64,000 nucleotides of DNA, from assembly GCA_032718475.1 (NCBI GenBank), contig JAUCBJ010005652.1, positions 75,676-139,675 of the forward strand, in the 5' to 3' direction. Shown piece after piece: positions 44,900-58,150 of the stretch. A model generated the notes under the pieces. It saw only the letters and a list, made by a program, of their open reading frames with translations, searched no databases and had not been told where the DNA came from. Position 1 is the first letter of the stretch, and each line of letters starts with the position of its first letter. Origin of the DNA: Nemertoderma westbladi (Eukaryota > Animalia > Xenacoelomorpha). A program made the position numbers and the translations under genes.

Positions 44900-47800
44900 A
44901 AACGAGTGCATTCTGCCAGTATGTTTCGAGTTTTATAACGCCAATAAACCCCAAAACCAACCCCAAAACCCATGTCCCACTCTCGACGCCCGAATTTCTG
45001 CCACCGAAGTTACAGAACCCAGTTAAACATGAGTATGTGTTTCATATATGGTTGCCATAAATAATTCGACATGTGATACATATATGTAAATGTTACAGTG
45101 TTGTCAAATGTGATCCATATGTGGAATGTTCACATGTGATACACATATGTTTTTTATGTGACAAGTGCGACAAAAAGAGTAAAAATTTAAACTGAGACCG
45201 ACCAATCACTGGTGTGGGTCTGCATTTCCTATAGAGAGGTGGGGCGGGGGGGGGGGGGTAGCCTACCTCAGTACCATTATCCTATCCAATCCCTACACCC
45301 TATCCTACGGCCCTACACCTACCCTATACATTTAGAGAAGGAAGCATCGGAGTATATATGACAATATTTAATCCATAGTGATATGAGAGTATCCTTAATA
45401 GATTTTGGTGATGATCCGTAAATTCGTATTCTATTAGTTAGATTTAATTAAGTTATCTAATTTCCAGCTATAATAGATTATTCATTTTGATAAATCTTCG
45501 AAAATTAATTAATTCTAAGATCATATAATTGCTCATATGATATTTTATATCTAATTTTAAGACATCTTTTCCCTACAACATATATATACCACATATGAAA
45601 CATATGTTCAATTTTTTAACGGGATAAGAACTGCAATAGGCCTGCCTACCTTACGGATGGTATAGTGCATGTATGTTATCTGTCTATGTCTGTACCCCTT
45701 ACTGATACTTAGCAGCGCAGATGACAATGCACAACCACAACCTGACAAGTGAAAACCACCATACAGTCATACATATGTTTGTCTAATTCTGTTAATACAG
45801 CACTGTACAGTGCAAATGGACAGCACAATGTGCATAGTGCAAGGCAGAAAGCAGGCAAGTCACACACTGCATCACTGAACAATTGAGTCAGTGAGTGGAC
45901 TATGATAAGCGGTAGGCTTATGCAACGCATTATGCTGTTATGGGTAAAATATAAAATAATTCGCGATTCACTAGCTAAACTGCAAGCGACACGACGTGGT
46001 TAAGAAGAAAGATTGGAGGATCAGACTATGAAATGCCTATCATTTTAAGAATGTGTCCCACCACCAGCCCTCAAATGCAATAAACAAAACAATTGGACGA
46101 TCGACTATGGTTACTTCAATTTAGTGTCCATACAGCCTTCACAGATCATTCAAACCTTATAGCAGGCCTATGTCTGTATGTATTGATTATACATTATATG
46201 GTTAAATAGCCGGTACTTTGAAAATACAGTATAACAAAAAATATAGATTCAACGTATTATACTGCTGATTAAAACGATATTTGTTCTTAATGCAAAAAGC
46301 TGAGTAGTGACATCAAGAAATTCCGCATCCCCCCTCGTTATTCTTTTCTGTACATGTATTACTGTAAGGACTGTATTACCATAAGGCAAACATGTGTGCA
46401 ACATATAAAATCCATGAACTGGATTACAAAATTACGAATTGAATAGTTTATAGATTGAAATTTAACTTCGGAGTCTTGGCTATGGCTATTTCACATATGC
46501 TCGACATATATTATTCACATGCGCATTCTCACACATTTATTTATGATAAATCATGTAAATTCATATGTGCAACATATAAATACCATAAATGGCGATACAC
46601 ACATTCTAAGTGTATGTATCACCGCATGCGTGACATGTATTATTCATACATGAGCATAAAAACCCAATTTCCAGACACACCTATTCCATACAACATATAT
46701 ATACCACATATGAAACATAAGTTCATGTTTAACTGGGAAGCAGTCAAAGACCAGAAAGCCCATAAGGCAGCTGGTCCAGACAGAATAACCAACGAAATAT
46801 TAAAATCCGGTTTTGGGTTATTATTACCCTACTTACTTGCTTTATTCTCTTTGTGCTTTAATTGTGCCTGTTGCCCAGTTTCGTGGTTAGCGTCGTATCT
46901 ACTACCACTTTACAAGGGAAAAGGCCCCAAGTGCTCTCCTGATAGTTATCGGGGTATAGCGATACTTTCTTGTTTACTCAAAACTTACACCGCCATTCTA
47001 TTTACTAGACTTTATACGTGGGCGGAGTCTCATTTTATTTTACCGGTCCAGCAGTTCGGCTTTCGAAAAAAGCATTCCACAAAAATGGCTGTCAATTTAC
47101 TGTATAACTTCATTCATACATCGCTACAACCCGCAGGTGGTCATGTGTATTGTGTTTTTGTTGATTTTACCAAAGCTTTTGACTCCGTTAACAGGCAAAA
47201 ACTTTGTTTTAAATTATCTCGTTTCGGTGTCAGCAAACATTTTATATCCTGTATTTGGGCCCTTATTGCTATTAATTTTGTCTACATTTGTGTTGGTGCA
47301 TACGTTCTACAGCCGATAATTCAGACCATTGGTGTTGTGCAAGGGGATAAACTTTCACCTCTTTTATTTAGTTTGTTTGTTGCAGATCTACCTAGTATTT
47401 TAGTTGCAGCTGGCTGCCTTGTTATTATGATGCCGACGACCTGGCAATAGATGGTAACTCGATTGTTGACGTACAAAATGGTCTTGATTCTCTAGTTGAC
47501 TATTGTAAGGTAAATGACCTAACCGTCAATTTATCCAAAACCAAAGCCATAAAATTTCGCCGGGGAGGTCGCATGTGTAACAATGATGTTCTAATTTACA
47601 AAGGTACGAAGATCGAATTTGTCAGTGAGTTTAATTATCTCGGTACAACTCTCTCAACCAAAAATGGCCCCAGCGGTCACTTCGCGCACTTGCACAAAAG
47701 GGGTCTGGCATGCTGTGTCCACTTAGCCTCGAAAATAAATATGTATCTGATCTCCTTAGACTCAGCAAAACGTCTATGGCTCTCGGTGGTCTTCCCTGCA

Positions 47801-48215
47801 GTCACCCATGGGTGCGATATTTTCACACCCTCCGAGAACATTGCCGTTCTAGAACATGTTCGCAAATGTCGCGCCTTTTATTTTAAACTGTGGTGTGGAG
47901 TAAGCAAGTTCTCCTCCTCCACTGCGATACTAGACGCCGTAGACAACGTCGTCAACCCCGATTGTGACATCAGGTTGGGAGGCCTGTCCGGCTTCCGCCG
48001 CCGTGCAGCGGCGTTGCTTCTCTCCAACGGGTGTCATCAGACTCTTTGCAGCAGTCCCAACTGTTGGAAAGCGGATGATGGTTGCATCTGCTTGCTGTGC
48101 ATCAATCCGGCTGACACTAAATTGCACTTCAAATCTTGCCCTGGCATTCCCCCATGCGCGACTGACCTTCGATGCGCTCTTTTCCTTCTCACCCTGGGTC
48201 TCCCCAAATAATTAT
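44900..48215 (+). mobile_element. 5'-truncated non-LTR retrotransposon (LINE; RT plus C-terminal CCHC), interrupted at 45018-46737
   Basis: Removing the insert restores LDARISATEVTEAVKDQKAHKAAGPDRI. Motifs YRGIAIL, QFGFRK, FVDFTKAFDSV, QGDKLSPLLF, frameshifted ADD, FNYLG, CLLC..H..SCP. Confidence 0.88.
45018..46737. mobile_element. Non-autonomous CACTA/EnSpm-like element (CCC...GGG, 2-bp TSD AA)
   Basis: TIR CCCAGTTAAACATGA / TCATGTTTAACTGGG. AA is duplicated and the LINE frame is restored on removal. Subterminal CATATG/CACAT repeats; a second right-end-like copy ends at 45623. Confidence 0.88.
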
Positions 48216-48639
48216 TTTTATCACTGTTTGCCATATTTTAATCGCCTTATATTTTTCTGCCACTGTATATTTAAATTATATGAATTCATACGTAGGCTAC
48301 TTACTGTATTGTATATAATTATATTACTCGTATGAGTGTTACCCTGTTACCCATTTGTATTATTATTTAACTAATATTCCGAATGTTATGGGATTAAAAT
48401 AAATAAATTCATAAAACCAAAACGGTGACACAGGATAAAACACGGACGTACAGTATTGGGAATCAGTGCATGTAAATGCGGCCATGTGAAGTATCACAGG
48501 ATTCCATTCCCCAGCGAAAAAATAAACACATCGGAAAGGAATCTGGCCCATTCACTATATCATTAGGCAACTTTCGTATTTTCCCGTGCTGGGCGATGTC
48601 CTTTATTTTATGAGGGGGATGATCTGTCGATCAGTCAGT

Positions 48640-49345
48640 CGGATGGTAAGTAAGAAGGTGGGTGGTGGGTGGAGCAGATGTTGGAAGGTGGGTGGATGGC
48701 AGGTGGTTGGATGGGCTTATGGGAAGGTGCCTGGATTGGCATGTGGTAAGATGAGAAAGTGGGTGGGCGGGAATGTGAGGAGGTGGCCGGATGGTATTTT
48801 ATTGTTTTGGTTAGAAAAAACAGCCCCTGTAACATTCTCCTTTCCCTCAGTTGCTAGGTGACATAATCGTTTGTTTTGGTTAGAACCGTACCTCTATAAC
48901 CTGCTCCTTTCCCTCAATTGGTAGGTAGGTATCAACAAAGTTTAATGTTTTGGTTAGAAAAGCAAAACCATGTACAGATGTAACCTGCTCGACACACTTT
49001 TATTGTTTTGGTTCTGAGGTAAGTAACAACAACATCGTTTATTGTTTTGGTTAGAAAAGCCAGATTATGTGAACTGCTTTATTCCCTAAATTGGTAACAA
49101 CATCGATTATTGTTTTGGTTAGAAAATCCAACCCCTGTATCCTTAACCTGCTCCTTTTCCCTCAATTTGTAGGTACCTACATCGTTTATTGTTTTGGTTA
49201 GAAATTGCCGCCGCTGAAACCTGCTCTTTTCCTTCAATTGGAAGGTAACAACAGCGTTTATTGATTTGAGTCCCACATTCCCATCCACCTTTCCACATTC
49301 CCATCTTCCCACATTCCCATCAACCTTCACATCTTTCCTTCATCG
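48640..49345. repeat. Degenerate tandem array of TTTATTGTTTTGGTTAGAA-containing units, flanked by G-rich and C-rich arms
   Basis: The motif repeats about 7 times at 48798-49203; its reverse complement also occurs at ~10762 and ~23395. Confidence 0.6.
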
Positions 49346-49730
49346 TCTGGGTATAAACTCCACCGTATCAGCTGGCAATCAGGGCAATATGCGGCATGTT
49401 AGTGTTTCGCCATATTCGGCAGTACATAGAGGCCTACCCCTTCATGGGGGTTGTTATGTATATATTAACTTAAAGGAAGAACAGGAGTCTTACACCCCCA
49501 ATAAAAAATATAGAATCAGGACATTTAGCCCAAAATATACTTCTCGACACCTAGGGTCATCGAAGAACAACAAACACACAAACAAATATAAATACATGCT
49601 AAACATAGAGTTATGTCTGTTAGTCAGTATGTCGTTAACATCAATTATTATAACGAACCTGCCTATTAATAGGCCAGGGTAGTTCTTGTCAAGAGTTGAG
49701 CCGTTTAAAAACACGATGTGGTTGTGTGTG

Positions 49731-50934
49731 TGTTCGCGCTTTCAGACCTTTGGCAGTTTAACCCGCCAAATTAGGATGTCTTCTAGATAATAAATCACCT
49801 TTAGCCTATGACAAGTATTTAATTCACTACACTAGTCGAAACCAATCTGTGCGCGATCATTCACCCGTTGGATATACCCGGGAGATTGGGTTCGACGGCT
49901 TAATTTTATTGCTATGTAAGCCTAATGTATTATTCGACTGACAGTATTATATAATCTCTGACAATATTATTCACCTTCGGGAAATATTAACAGTTCCTTT
50001 AGGACGTGGCGCTCTATCTATATAAACAGAGTTATGACTTAAACTACTCACAACGATATGGCTTAGTTACAATTCACATATATGGCGCATTCTTTAGGAA
50101 ATGCTTCGTTATCAGTCTCACTCATACACAATGCTGCACAATACTGCACACTGATCTGCCGATCTTCACTGATTTTAGTCACATATAAAAGGAACACGGA
50201 CCGAATCATGTAGGGTCTATCAAATAACATTAGATTCACTTCAAACCACTCAACATAGGTCGCAATCATTTATCTGTAACCTTTCTCTCTTACCTTCGGT
50301 ATATCAAGAATATTGGGTTTTCGGGGTTATTTGTCGTTATTCCAAATATAATAATTCATCAACCATATTATGAAGAACTGACAGTAAATAGCAGTATAAC
50401 AATATAAAAGTATGCACAGTGTTACACAGTATGCAGTGTATGCAGTACTGCAGTATGCAGTATGCAGACATCAGACATCAGATAACGGATATATGTCCTT
50501 ATAATTAAGCCTACTAGTGTAAGACTAAAAACTGAAAACACGGAGGTGCCAAAAGCCGGTTCTTAGGCTCTGGGCAAAACATAACACTGAACTACTGAGT
50601 TTCTGTATACACCTCCAACACAGAGACAACAAACGCTCTGATTGGTCAACCTGAACAACGAGAGAACAAAGAAACAAAGAAACGTCGACGTGGCAATATC
50701 AGCTGCTAGCCGTCGTCATGGTAGCGACACTGTTTTCAAGAGTATCGAGCTTTTACGTCACGGAATTACGGATTATGTCCTCTAAAGTACAAATACAGAA
50801 GAAATAGCTTTTATGTCCGCTAAAACACCAGTACAGCAAGGACACGGCCTTTTTATGCCTGGTAAACCAACTACAGAGTATTTTACGGGAAAAATAAGGA
50901 AAAATAACCGGACAATTCAGCAAAAGCTTTTACA
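49731..50934 (-). repeat. 3' LTR of copy C (1204 bp)
   Basis: TGTTCGCGC...AGCTTTTACA, followed by CCGCTCCCAGAAAATGGG as in copy B. Confidence 0.95.
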
Positions 50935-51012
50935 CCGCTCCCAGAAAATGGGATTTTCAGTCTATAAAATATAAAAATCACAGTTTCTAAAACATAAAGA
51001 TACTCTAAACAG

Positions 51013-52375
51013 TTAGTCTTTCTTACGCAGACGGCGTTTACGCAGTTTTTTGAGGCTAGCAAGAGTCTTTTTCTCTTTGGGGGGAGCCACTTTACTAGGA
51101 GGGCCATAACTCCTGGGTGAAGGGTGCAATATGATTGCATCAGAAGGTCTAGGTTTATGGTCGAGGTATCTGCCGTTTCGATATGCTTCTCCTCGAGCTG
51201 ATTTTCCTCCACTCGTAGCTGGATACGTTCATCCAAAAACTCTCGCAGAGAATAGGATCGTCCAAGTTCGATAACTTCTTAGAGATTCTGGATTTCCCAA
51301 TCGAATTGAGATAAGGCCAATTCGTTTATCGATTGGACTTACTGTTATAACTTACGTTTATCTGAACAAACGCAGGTTTCTTTTTTGATCTTTATAGAAT
51401 AGCGTTTAACTCGTTTCGTACAACGCTCTCCTTCACCTTGATGAGGGGTTGTATCGCGTTAAACGGGACAACCATACGGTTGGATAGTGATATTAGGTGT
51501 CTGCGTCATAATCCGGCTAGGTAAGATGGGCGGCTAGCTAGAAATCACTGTCGGAGTGTTACCGATTAATTGTTAGGGTAGCACTAGATCTTTGAACAGT
51601 GAATACAGTCCGCGAGGATCCGCGACACCACCAGGATCGCAGGTCTGAGGTCCAACTAAGGAATGAGGAGGTTTGACCGAGTATTCCGGGACTCTGATCG
51701 TAGGTTTACTCCAGGATCGTTCGAGCCGAGTGAGCATAGGTGATACGTCAACAAGTTTCGGTTTACGTGGATGTTTATGTCTTTCCGTTTATTAGTTGGG
51801 TCTAGGGCATTTATCGTAATAATACCAAAGACGCACGTCTGGTAGGGTAAACGCGGGTGATATTTATTTGTTGTTACAATGCTTCTATCAAGAATTCCAA
51901 ATATACGTTGGAGTTACCGCGTTTATTTGTTTCTTTAGTGTCTTTTCTTTCGAGTCGATTTCGAATAGAATTTTCGCATTCGAATTTCAGTTTATGGTTC
52001 CGACTCCGCTGGGCAGGATATATAGTCGACATAGTCCGTATTATGTTAATCGATAGGATGACCAGTAGTTAAGAAGCCCATATACGTACCATTACGCTGC
52101 GTATATTGAGCAGCGAATTTTCTATAGTCCAACTCACGCGTGAGCTGCTCTTGGGACATTGGCGGTTCGATATAACGACCATCGTCCTCCGCAGCAGTTG
52201 GACTAACGTCGCCGCGTATTAAGCTATCAACAAACGCTTGTAAAAGTAGGGTATATCGCTCCCCGATACCAAGACCATCTTCTATCAACTCCGTCATATC
52301 TGCTATATATGAGTTTATCCATATTATAATGAGTCCACATTTAGGCGAGCGGGCGTCGCTGCCTACCCCAATCAA
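51013..52375 (-). CDS. Accessory 3' coding region of copy C (homologous to 34020-35330)
   Basis: 52046..52375 shares AFVDSLIRG..EDDGRYIEPPMSQEQLTRELDYRK..FLTTGHPID. The 3' end reads LHPSPRSYGPPSKVAPPKEKKTLASLKKLRKRRLRKKD* with the same stop position as B. Confidence 0.6.
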
Positions 52376-54145
52376 CCCCCGGACAGTACGAGATCCTCAG
52401 CGCCGATGTGTCGTCGCCGCCGTACTTTCGCCAACGACGTAGCCGCACAACGACAACGACAACCGGCACAAGTCACTCGACTGTCCGTCCCAAAGGCTTA
52501 GATGTACTTCAGGTTTTCCTTGGAGAGTTAGGTTACTTTTACGATTGCGACTAGCTACTGTAAACACACCTTAGCAGTAACATTCACCTATAAACTCACA
52601 AATACCACACAACTGGTCACAACTACGCACATTCGGGCCATTTGTCCGTTAGTCAATGCCTTCCAGAATGTCACTGTATTATTATGTATCCTTGGATACT
52701 AGTAGTGCGCTATTTATTCCCTATGCTATTCAATGGGACAAGCTTTCTATTGTTCTTTTAACTCAATTCTAATTCTAGCGTGGTTGTTGCTATGGTGACA
52801 TTATGCAAAGCTAGCGGTAGAATTAGGGTAATTCCAATGCATACAGATCTGGGATGTTATTTAATAGTAATTCTTTAATAGTCAATGTCCTGTTTTATAC
52901 ATGACTTTATGAATTTTATCGGCTATTGACTATGTTTGGGAGACTTTCGCACACTCATACGCATAATAAGATAAATCTCCGCTCCCTTGATCTATTAATT
53001 AATGGAATTTTGGGAATGTTATAAATTGCGTAAAAATGGCAATTTATTAAATTCATTAAAAGGCATGAATTTAAATTTATTCCCTGAAATTTTATTATTT
53101 GATAATTAAATGGGCATATTTTGATTCTAGAACATGTCTAGGGACACAAGATCCTTAATTCTAAGAAAATTGTCTCTTTAAGAATATCGGTAAATGCTAC
53201 GATATCTTAATTGACTAGAATTGTTGAAGGATCTGAATTTTACAGATTTTGACTTATTTGATTTGTAAATATTAAATAATTAATATTTGAGATGGGCACC
53301 GATTTATTCCAGAACTTGTCTGGGGACGTTAACCACTGATTCTAGAATTTGTCTTTCAAGTATATCGGTGGGTGCCGCGATATCTTAATCGACTAGAATT
53401 ACAGATGGTCAAAGGGTTTAACAGATTTATTTTGCGTTATACGCTACTGTTAAAGGGACATCACGCTACTATATGTATTATTTAATATACGGTATGAGAG
53501 CAATATCGCACGAAGCAATGTCAGTGTGAAGAGGCAAGTCGTTTCCAAGGTCTACCCAGAGCTTGGTTTAGCCGAGACACGAGGATCTGAACTTTGCATT
53601 CCTAATACTCTGCCTACCAATAATACTTGAATATAGTAGTGGCTTTATTGTACTTTAATAAGTACAGACATTTCATCTTACTGTAGCTACGTATTTATAA
53701 TATAATACGGACAGTAAGGAAGGAGAAAAAGAATTATTTCTTGCCGTCGCATTAAATATAATATATACGTAATTAAGTAATAAACGCGAATATATATTGC
53801 ACTAATCTACTAAATAATCGCTAAAATAACATTCTACTGAATAAAATTAAAGAAAACGATTATAATAAAATTACATAGTAATACATACGTAAATATAAAA
53901 ATAATAAAATAATATAAAATAATAGAGTCACACACCCACTCCATATGTTGCTACGTTATGGAGTCCCTAGATGTTTGAAGGATTAGGGAGGTGGTCGTGG
54001 GAAGAGAATCTTGCCTTCCACAGTTTCCGGAGAGTCCTCCATTCCCTTCCGGTAAACACAAACGACCGACTGGGTGATTGAGTCGCTGCATCCCGAATAC
54101 AATTCCAGGTTTCCTCTTCGTCCTGGAATAGTGACGATAGAAACA

Positions 54146-57100
54146 TCACTCAAAGTATATGACGGCGTTACAAAGCCGATTCCAGGAGCTATAGTGGTCC
54201 GTCGCTCCCTGCAGGAGAGGTAAGAGTCCCTGCGAGACGTCTGATGTTCCAGAGCTCCAATCGCTCCCTCTGATCTTCATGAAGGATCCACTCGCGGTGG
54301 GGAGGTCCAGATCCACGGCGTCGTCCCTGGCAATATGTAATACCGACAGATCTATCCCGGGTTCAAATAACTCCGCTCCACCCGTCCGGGTTTTAGGTTT
54401 AACTTTCTCCGCTCCCTTGGCTGGTCTAATCTCAGTCGGAGTAAGATGGGGAGACCATTCATCCTCCTTACTCAGGAAGTCGGGTTCACCTAACCGGTCT
54501 GTAGTATCTGTCAGTTCTTGAGGAGTTGCTCCTCTGGAAGCGATATCAGTTGGATTAAACTTCTTGGGGCAATATCTCCATTGATCTACATTGGAGCTAA
54601 GATTGTCATTATCTGAGGAGTGTGGTGTTCCCTCAGTTGGGTCGTCTCCCTCACTAGTATCATCTTCCCATTCACTCACCTGGCGGACGCGATCTTGAAG
54701 CAGTCTTTCCCTGAGCGTTCTACGGGAAGGTCCAGTAAGGTACCAACCTACTCTAGTTCTTACCGCATAGGTCTGTAGTGGCTGCGGTTGAGCAGGTCGT
54801 TTCTCTAATGTCTCCAGCGCCTCATGCGCGTTTTGGCCGATGAGTATTTGCACTCCAGGATAATCAGTCTGGAATCGAGGTATGTTAAGATGTTGGATGC
54901 TCTCATCCTCGTCCCAATTATAAAGGTCTGCTTGAGTAGTAGCGAAGTTCTTTATAGCCACCATTTTCACTGACCTTATGCTATGTTCTCCTAGTTCGTC
55001 CTGGGGGGTGGACAACGCGCCTACATAATAATCAGCTGTTACTGTAGATTTCCAAACTTGCATGATTCCTGACATGTTTAGCTTGGTTCCGAACTTGGGT
55101 TGTCCAGCAAAGATGACTTCGGCTAGTTCTTTATCGATGAATGTTCCTGTGCTACCGGAGTCCAGGAGGGCGTTCACTATATAGCTCTTCTGAGGTCCGT
55201 GGACCCGTAACTGGACTACAGGAAATTCTCGGATTCCTATATTGGAAGTTGGCGCTTTCCAAGATGGTTGTTGATCGGAAGTAGTTAAGGTAGGGTCGCT
55301 GTCTGTGTCTTTCTCATACACGAGTGCTCGATACACTGCGGTGGTGTTTATTAGGTAACAGGATTCGTTTTGGTCGGAGAACTCGTCCGTATAGAATCCT
55401 TCCATCTCAGATTGATCAGTGTCGTTCACATCACTGAATTGGACATGTAGTTCGGACTCACTTACCTGACTCGGGCTGTTTCGTTCGAATTCCGTGTGCA
55501 ACAAGATATGATGTTTTGCGCCGCACTTTGCACACCTTGCGTCGGAGTTACAGGTTCGCCGTTGGTGTCCTCGTCTGAGGCAATTATAACACAACCGCTT
55601 ATCCCACATGACTTCACGTCTATCCTTTAGTGATTTCCTCAGGAATTTATCACACGCATTTAAACGGTGGGGCCCGTCGCACAGCACACATTTCGGCTTG
55701 ATGTTACTTACTTTAACCTGTGCTATGTGGTGCACACTTGTTCTTTCCTCGGGCTTTCTCACCTGAATTCTTTTAGGAGACGTAGGAAGGGTTTTTTGTA
55801 CCGGTTCCCTTCTGTCATTGGGTCGAGACTCGGATTTACTTACCTGATCTTTAGGCATTTTATTGACATAATAAGATCTGTCAGTGTCTTTCCCGCTGTC
55901 CTCTCCTTGAGAAGTTTGGCTTTCACCGTCGTCGGTATAACATACTGGTGTTACACTTCTCCTAGAAACGGGTTTCTCACTTACCTTGTTTTCCAATGTC
56001 TTCTCTCTGGACTGCCTTAGGAGCTGTAATTTCACTTCTCTATCTAAGAATGACATGAGATCAGCCATGGTAGGGTCTCGTCGTTGTTGTTCCATCATAT
56101 ATAACACTTTCTTATCCCAGCGTGTACCTACTCCACCCTTCGGTAAAGTAGAAGCCACTGCTCTAATAACCATAGCACTCTGATACTCATGAGACTTACC
56201 TAGCCAATCTAATTGTCTGCAGATCTCCTGAATTTCATCGGAAAACTCTATAATCCCGCTGCTAATAAACTTTCGGGGCGCTACCAACTTTGCATACAAA
56301 TACCCAGCTATGTTATTCCTATTACCATACCTGATGTTTAGTGTATCCCAAACTTGTCTTAATCCGTCTGGATGTCCAATAAACCTTAACGCCATTAACT
56401 TGGGAGATCCTTCCAAGCACTCGATGAGGTATCTAAGTTTTTCTCCATTAGATAGTACAGAGTTCTGTATGTTATCTTTGTAATATTCATTAAAAGGTAA
56501 CCATTTCATCTCATCTCCATTGAACTTGACGATCTCTCCCACCTTTACCGCTTGCCGGGCTTCGGTTCTAGCCATTTGACGCGTAAAACTTTCTTGGGCC
56601 ATCGTGTTATTTAATATAGAATTATCGATATATAAATTTCTCGGATTATGATCAGTTCTATAGGGAATATCATTATCAACAGGTCTATAATTACCCTTAA
56701 TAGGGTTCACTATAGGAGTTTCTACTTCGCTAGCAGTATAGATGCGTGTAGGCTCCACACCTTGCGCATGAGATACTTCAGACCTAACGGGTTGACACAT
56801 TGTTACAGAGGGTGGTGGTATACCCTTTTTTAAGTTTACTAATTTATCGCGTTCTAACGCGATACTTTGCTGCACTTCTTGCAACTCTAACTTACTTTCC
56901 CTCACTGTTCCTTTTAAATGTTGGACAGTCCCTTCCAACTCTCGGACCTGTTGGGAAGAGCGTATCCGATTCTCCTTCATCTCTCCTAGGAGAATATCCA
57001 TCCCCCGCCGTCTCTCGTCTACCCAATCAACCGCCGAAACGGGATCCGCCAACGTCGTAGCGGGCAAACGAGGGACAACGGGCGACAAATTTGGAATATT

Positions 57101-58150
57101 TCGCTCGGGGTCCAGGACCTGAACTGTCTCCTGGGCAGTTCTACGGGGCACAGGTAGCTTAGTGCTATGCAGAGGGAATTTATAGGTAGCTTCAGGGAGC
57201 ACAGGTGTATCTATTACCGAAGGGGTGATTTCAAGAACAGGCCTACCTATTTCAGGCTCATCTACTATAGTAGGGAGTCTTTCTATTGTAATTATTTGGT
57301 CTGTGGGTTCTGTACTCTCTAAGTTGGTGTTATTTAGTTGCCTTCTAACAGCTGGAGGCAAATCAGGCAATTTCTGACGGTGGAATGTTCTTTTACGTCT
57401 GCTTAGGCGGGATCGATTTCCTCCGCCTTCAGTGTCGGTGGTATCGCCTTCCTCAGATGATGTATAACCTTGTCTTTTGGGAGTAGATCGATTCATCATC
57501 TGCATATTACTAGCTGTTAACTGTTTATTAAAGTTATCTTGCCTCTCTTGAAGATTTTCCAACTCTAGTTGGGTTGTCTCTTCAGATGCCCTCCGTTCTG
57601 CTTCTGCCACTGCTATCTTTCTTTCCGCTTCTGCCGCTGCCGCTTTCCTTTCCGCTTCTACGGCTGCAGCTGCCGCCTTTGCCTCTGCCGCTGCCGCTTT
57701 CCTTTCCGCTTCTACGGCTGCAGCTGCCGCTTTTGCCTCTGCCGCTGCCGCTTTTATTGCTGCAGCTGCCGCTTTTGCCTCTGCCGCTGCCTCTGCTGCC
57801 TTTCTTTCCGCTTCTGCCGCTGCCACTGCCGCTGCTGCTGTCTTTCTATCTTCTATACGTTTTTTCCTTACTTGCTCTTCTTGAACTCTATTGATGCGGA
57901 GGAGTTCATCAAATTTAGCTTGGTTCGCCGCTAACATTTCCGCATCAATTGCGTCCACCACAAGCTTGGTTCCTTCACTATTAGGGCTAAGCCCCTCCAG
58001 CCTTCTCCTCAACTCGTCATCTCCTAAAAAACGCTGATAGTCTGACAGATAGATGTCAATGGCATCCCTCTTATGCGGTTTCTCTGCTGTCACTTCGCTC
58101 TCGGTTGTATCTAGTAGACTGTCTGACAGGTTCTGCTTTGCGTCAGACAT
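54146..58150 (-). CDS. BEL/Pao Gag-aspartic protease polyprotein of copy C; RT and integrase absent
   Basis: Same domains as B: three knuckles, ALLDSGSTGTFI, QWRY..NPTDIASRG. Ends in the pre-integrase-like YSSWNRLCNAVIYF. Confidence 0.93.
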   Translation of the reverse strand: MSDAKQNLSDSLLDTTESEVTAEKPHKRDAIDIYLSDYQRFLGDDELRRRLEGLSPNSEGTKLVVDAIDAEMLAANQAKFDELLRINRVQEEQVRKKRIEDRKTAAAAVAAAEAERKAAEAAAEAKAAAAAIKAAAAEAKAAAAAVEAERKAAAAEAKAAAAAVEAERKAAAAEAERKIAVAEAERRASEETTQLELENLQERQDNFNKQLTASNMQMMNRSTPKRQGYTSSEEGDTTDTEGGGNRSRLSRRKRTFHRQKLPDLPPAVRRQLNNTNLESTEPTDQIITIERLPTIVDEPEIGRPVLEITPSVIDTPVLPEATYKFPLHSTKLPVPRRTAQETVQVLDPERNIPNLSPVVPRLPATTLADPVSAVDWVDERRRGMDILLGEMKENRIRSSQQVRELEGTVQHLKGTVRESKLELQEVQQSIALERDKLVNLKKGIPPPSVTMCQPVRSEVSHAQGVEPTRIYTASEVETPIVNPIKGNYRPVDNDIPYRTDHNPRNLYIDNSILNNTMAQESFTRQMARTEARQAVKVGEIVKFNGDEMKWLPFNEYYKDNIQNSVLSNGEKLRYLIECLEGSPKLMALRFIGHPDGLRQVWDTLNIRYGNRNNIAGYLYAKLVAPRKFISSGIIEFSDEIQEICRQLDWLGKSHEYQSAMVIRAVASTLPKGGVGTRWDKKVLYMMEQQRRDPTMADLMSFLDREVKLQLLRQSREKTLENKVSEKPVSRRSVTPVCYTDDGESQTSQGEDSGKDTDRSYYVNKMPKDQVSKSESRPNDRREPVQKTLPTSPKRIQVRKPEERTSVHHIAQVKVSNIKPKCVLCDGPHRLNACDKFLRKSLKDRREVMWDKRLCYNCLRRGHQRRTCNSDARCAKCGAKHHILLHTEFERNSPSQVSESELHVQFSDVNDTDQSEMEGFYTDEFSDQNESCYLINTTAVYRALVYEKDTDSDPTLTTSDQQPSWKAPTSNIGIREFPVVQLRVHGPQKSYIVNALLDSGSTGTFIDKELAEVIFAGQPKFGTKLNMSGIMQVWKSTVTADYYVGALSTPQDELGEHSIRSVKMVAIKNFATTQADLYNWDEDESIQHLNIPRFQTDYPGVQILIGQNAHEALETLEKRPAQPQPLQTYAVRTRVGWYLTGPSRRTLRERLLQDRVRQVSEWEDDTSEGDDPTEGTPHSSDNDNLSSNVDQWRYCPKKFNPTDIASRGATPQELTDTTDRLGEPDFLSKEDEWSPHLTPTEIRPAKGAEKVKPKTRTGGAELFEPGIDLSVLHIARDDAVDLDLPTASGSFMKIRGSDWSSGTSDVSQGLLPLLQGATDHYSSWNRLCNAVIYFE

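Noticed and set aside
46455-46737. N-terminal extension of the 331-aa RT ORF
   Set aside because: This is inserted CACTA-like DNA; the true upstream frame lies before 45018.
57569-57934. Cys/Arg-rich or Leu/Pro-rich plus-strand ORFs (also 1583..1852 and 40072..40449)
   Set aside because: Antisense shadows of the Ala-rich Gag repeat.
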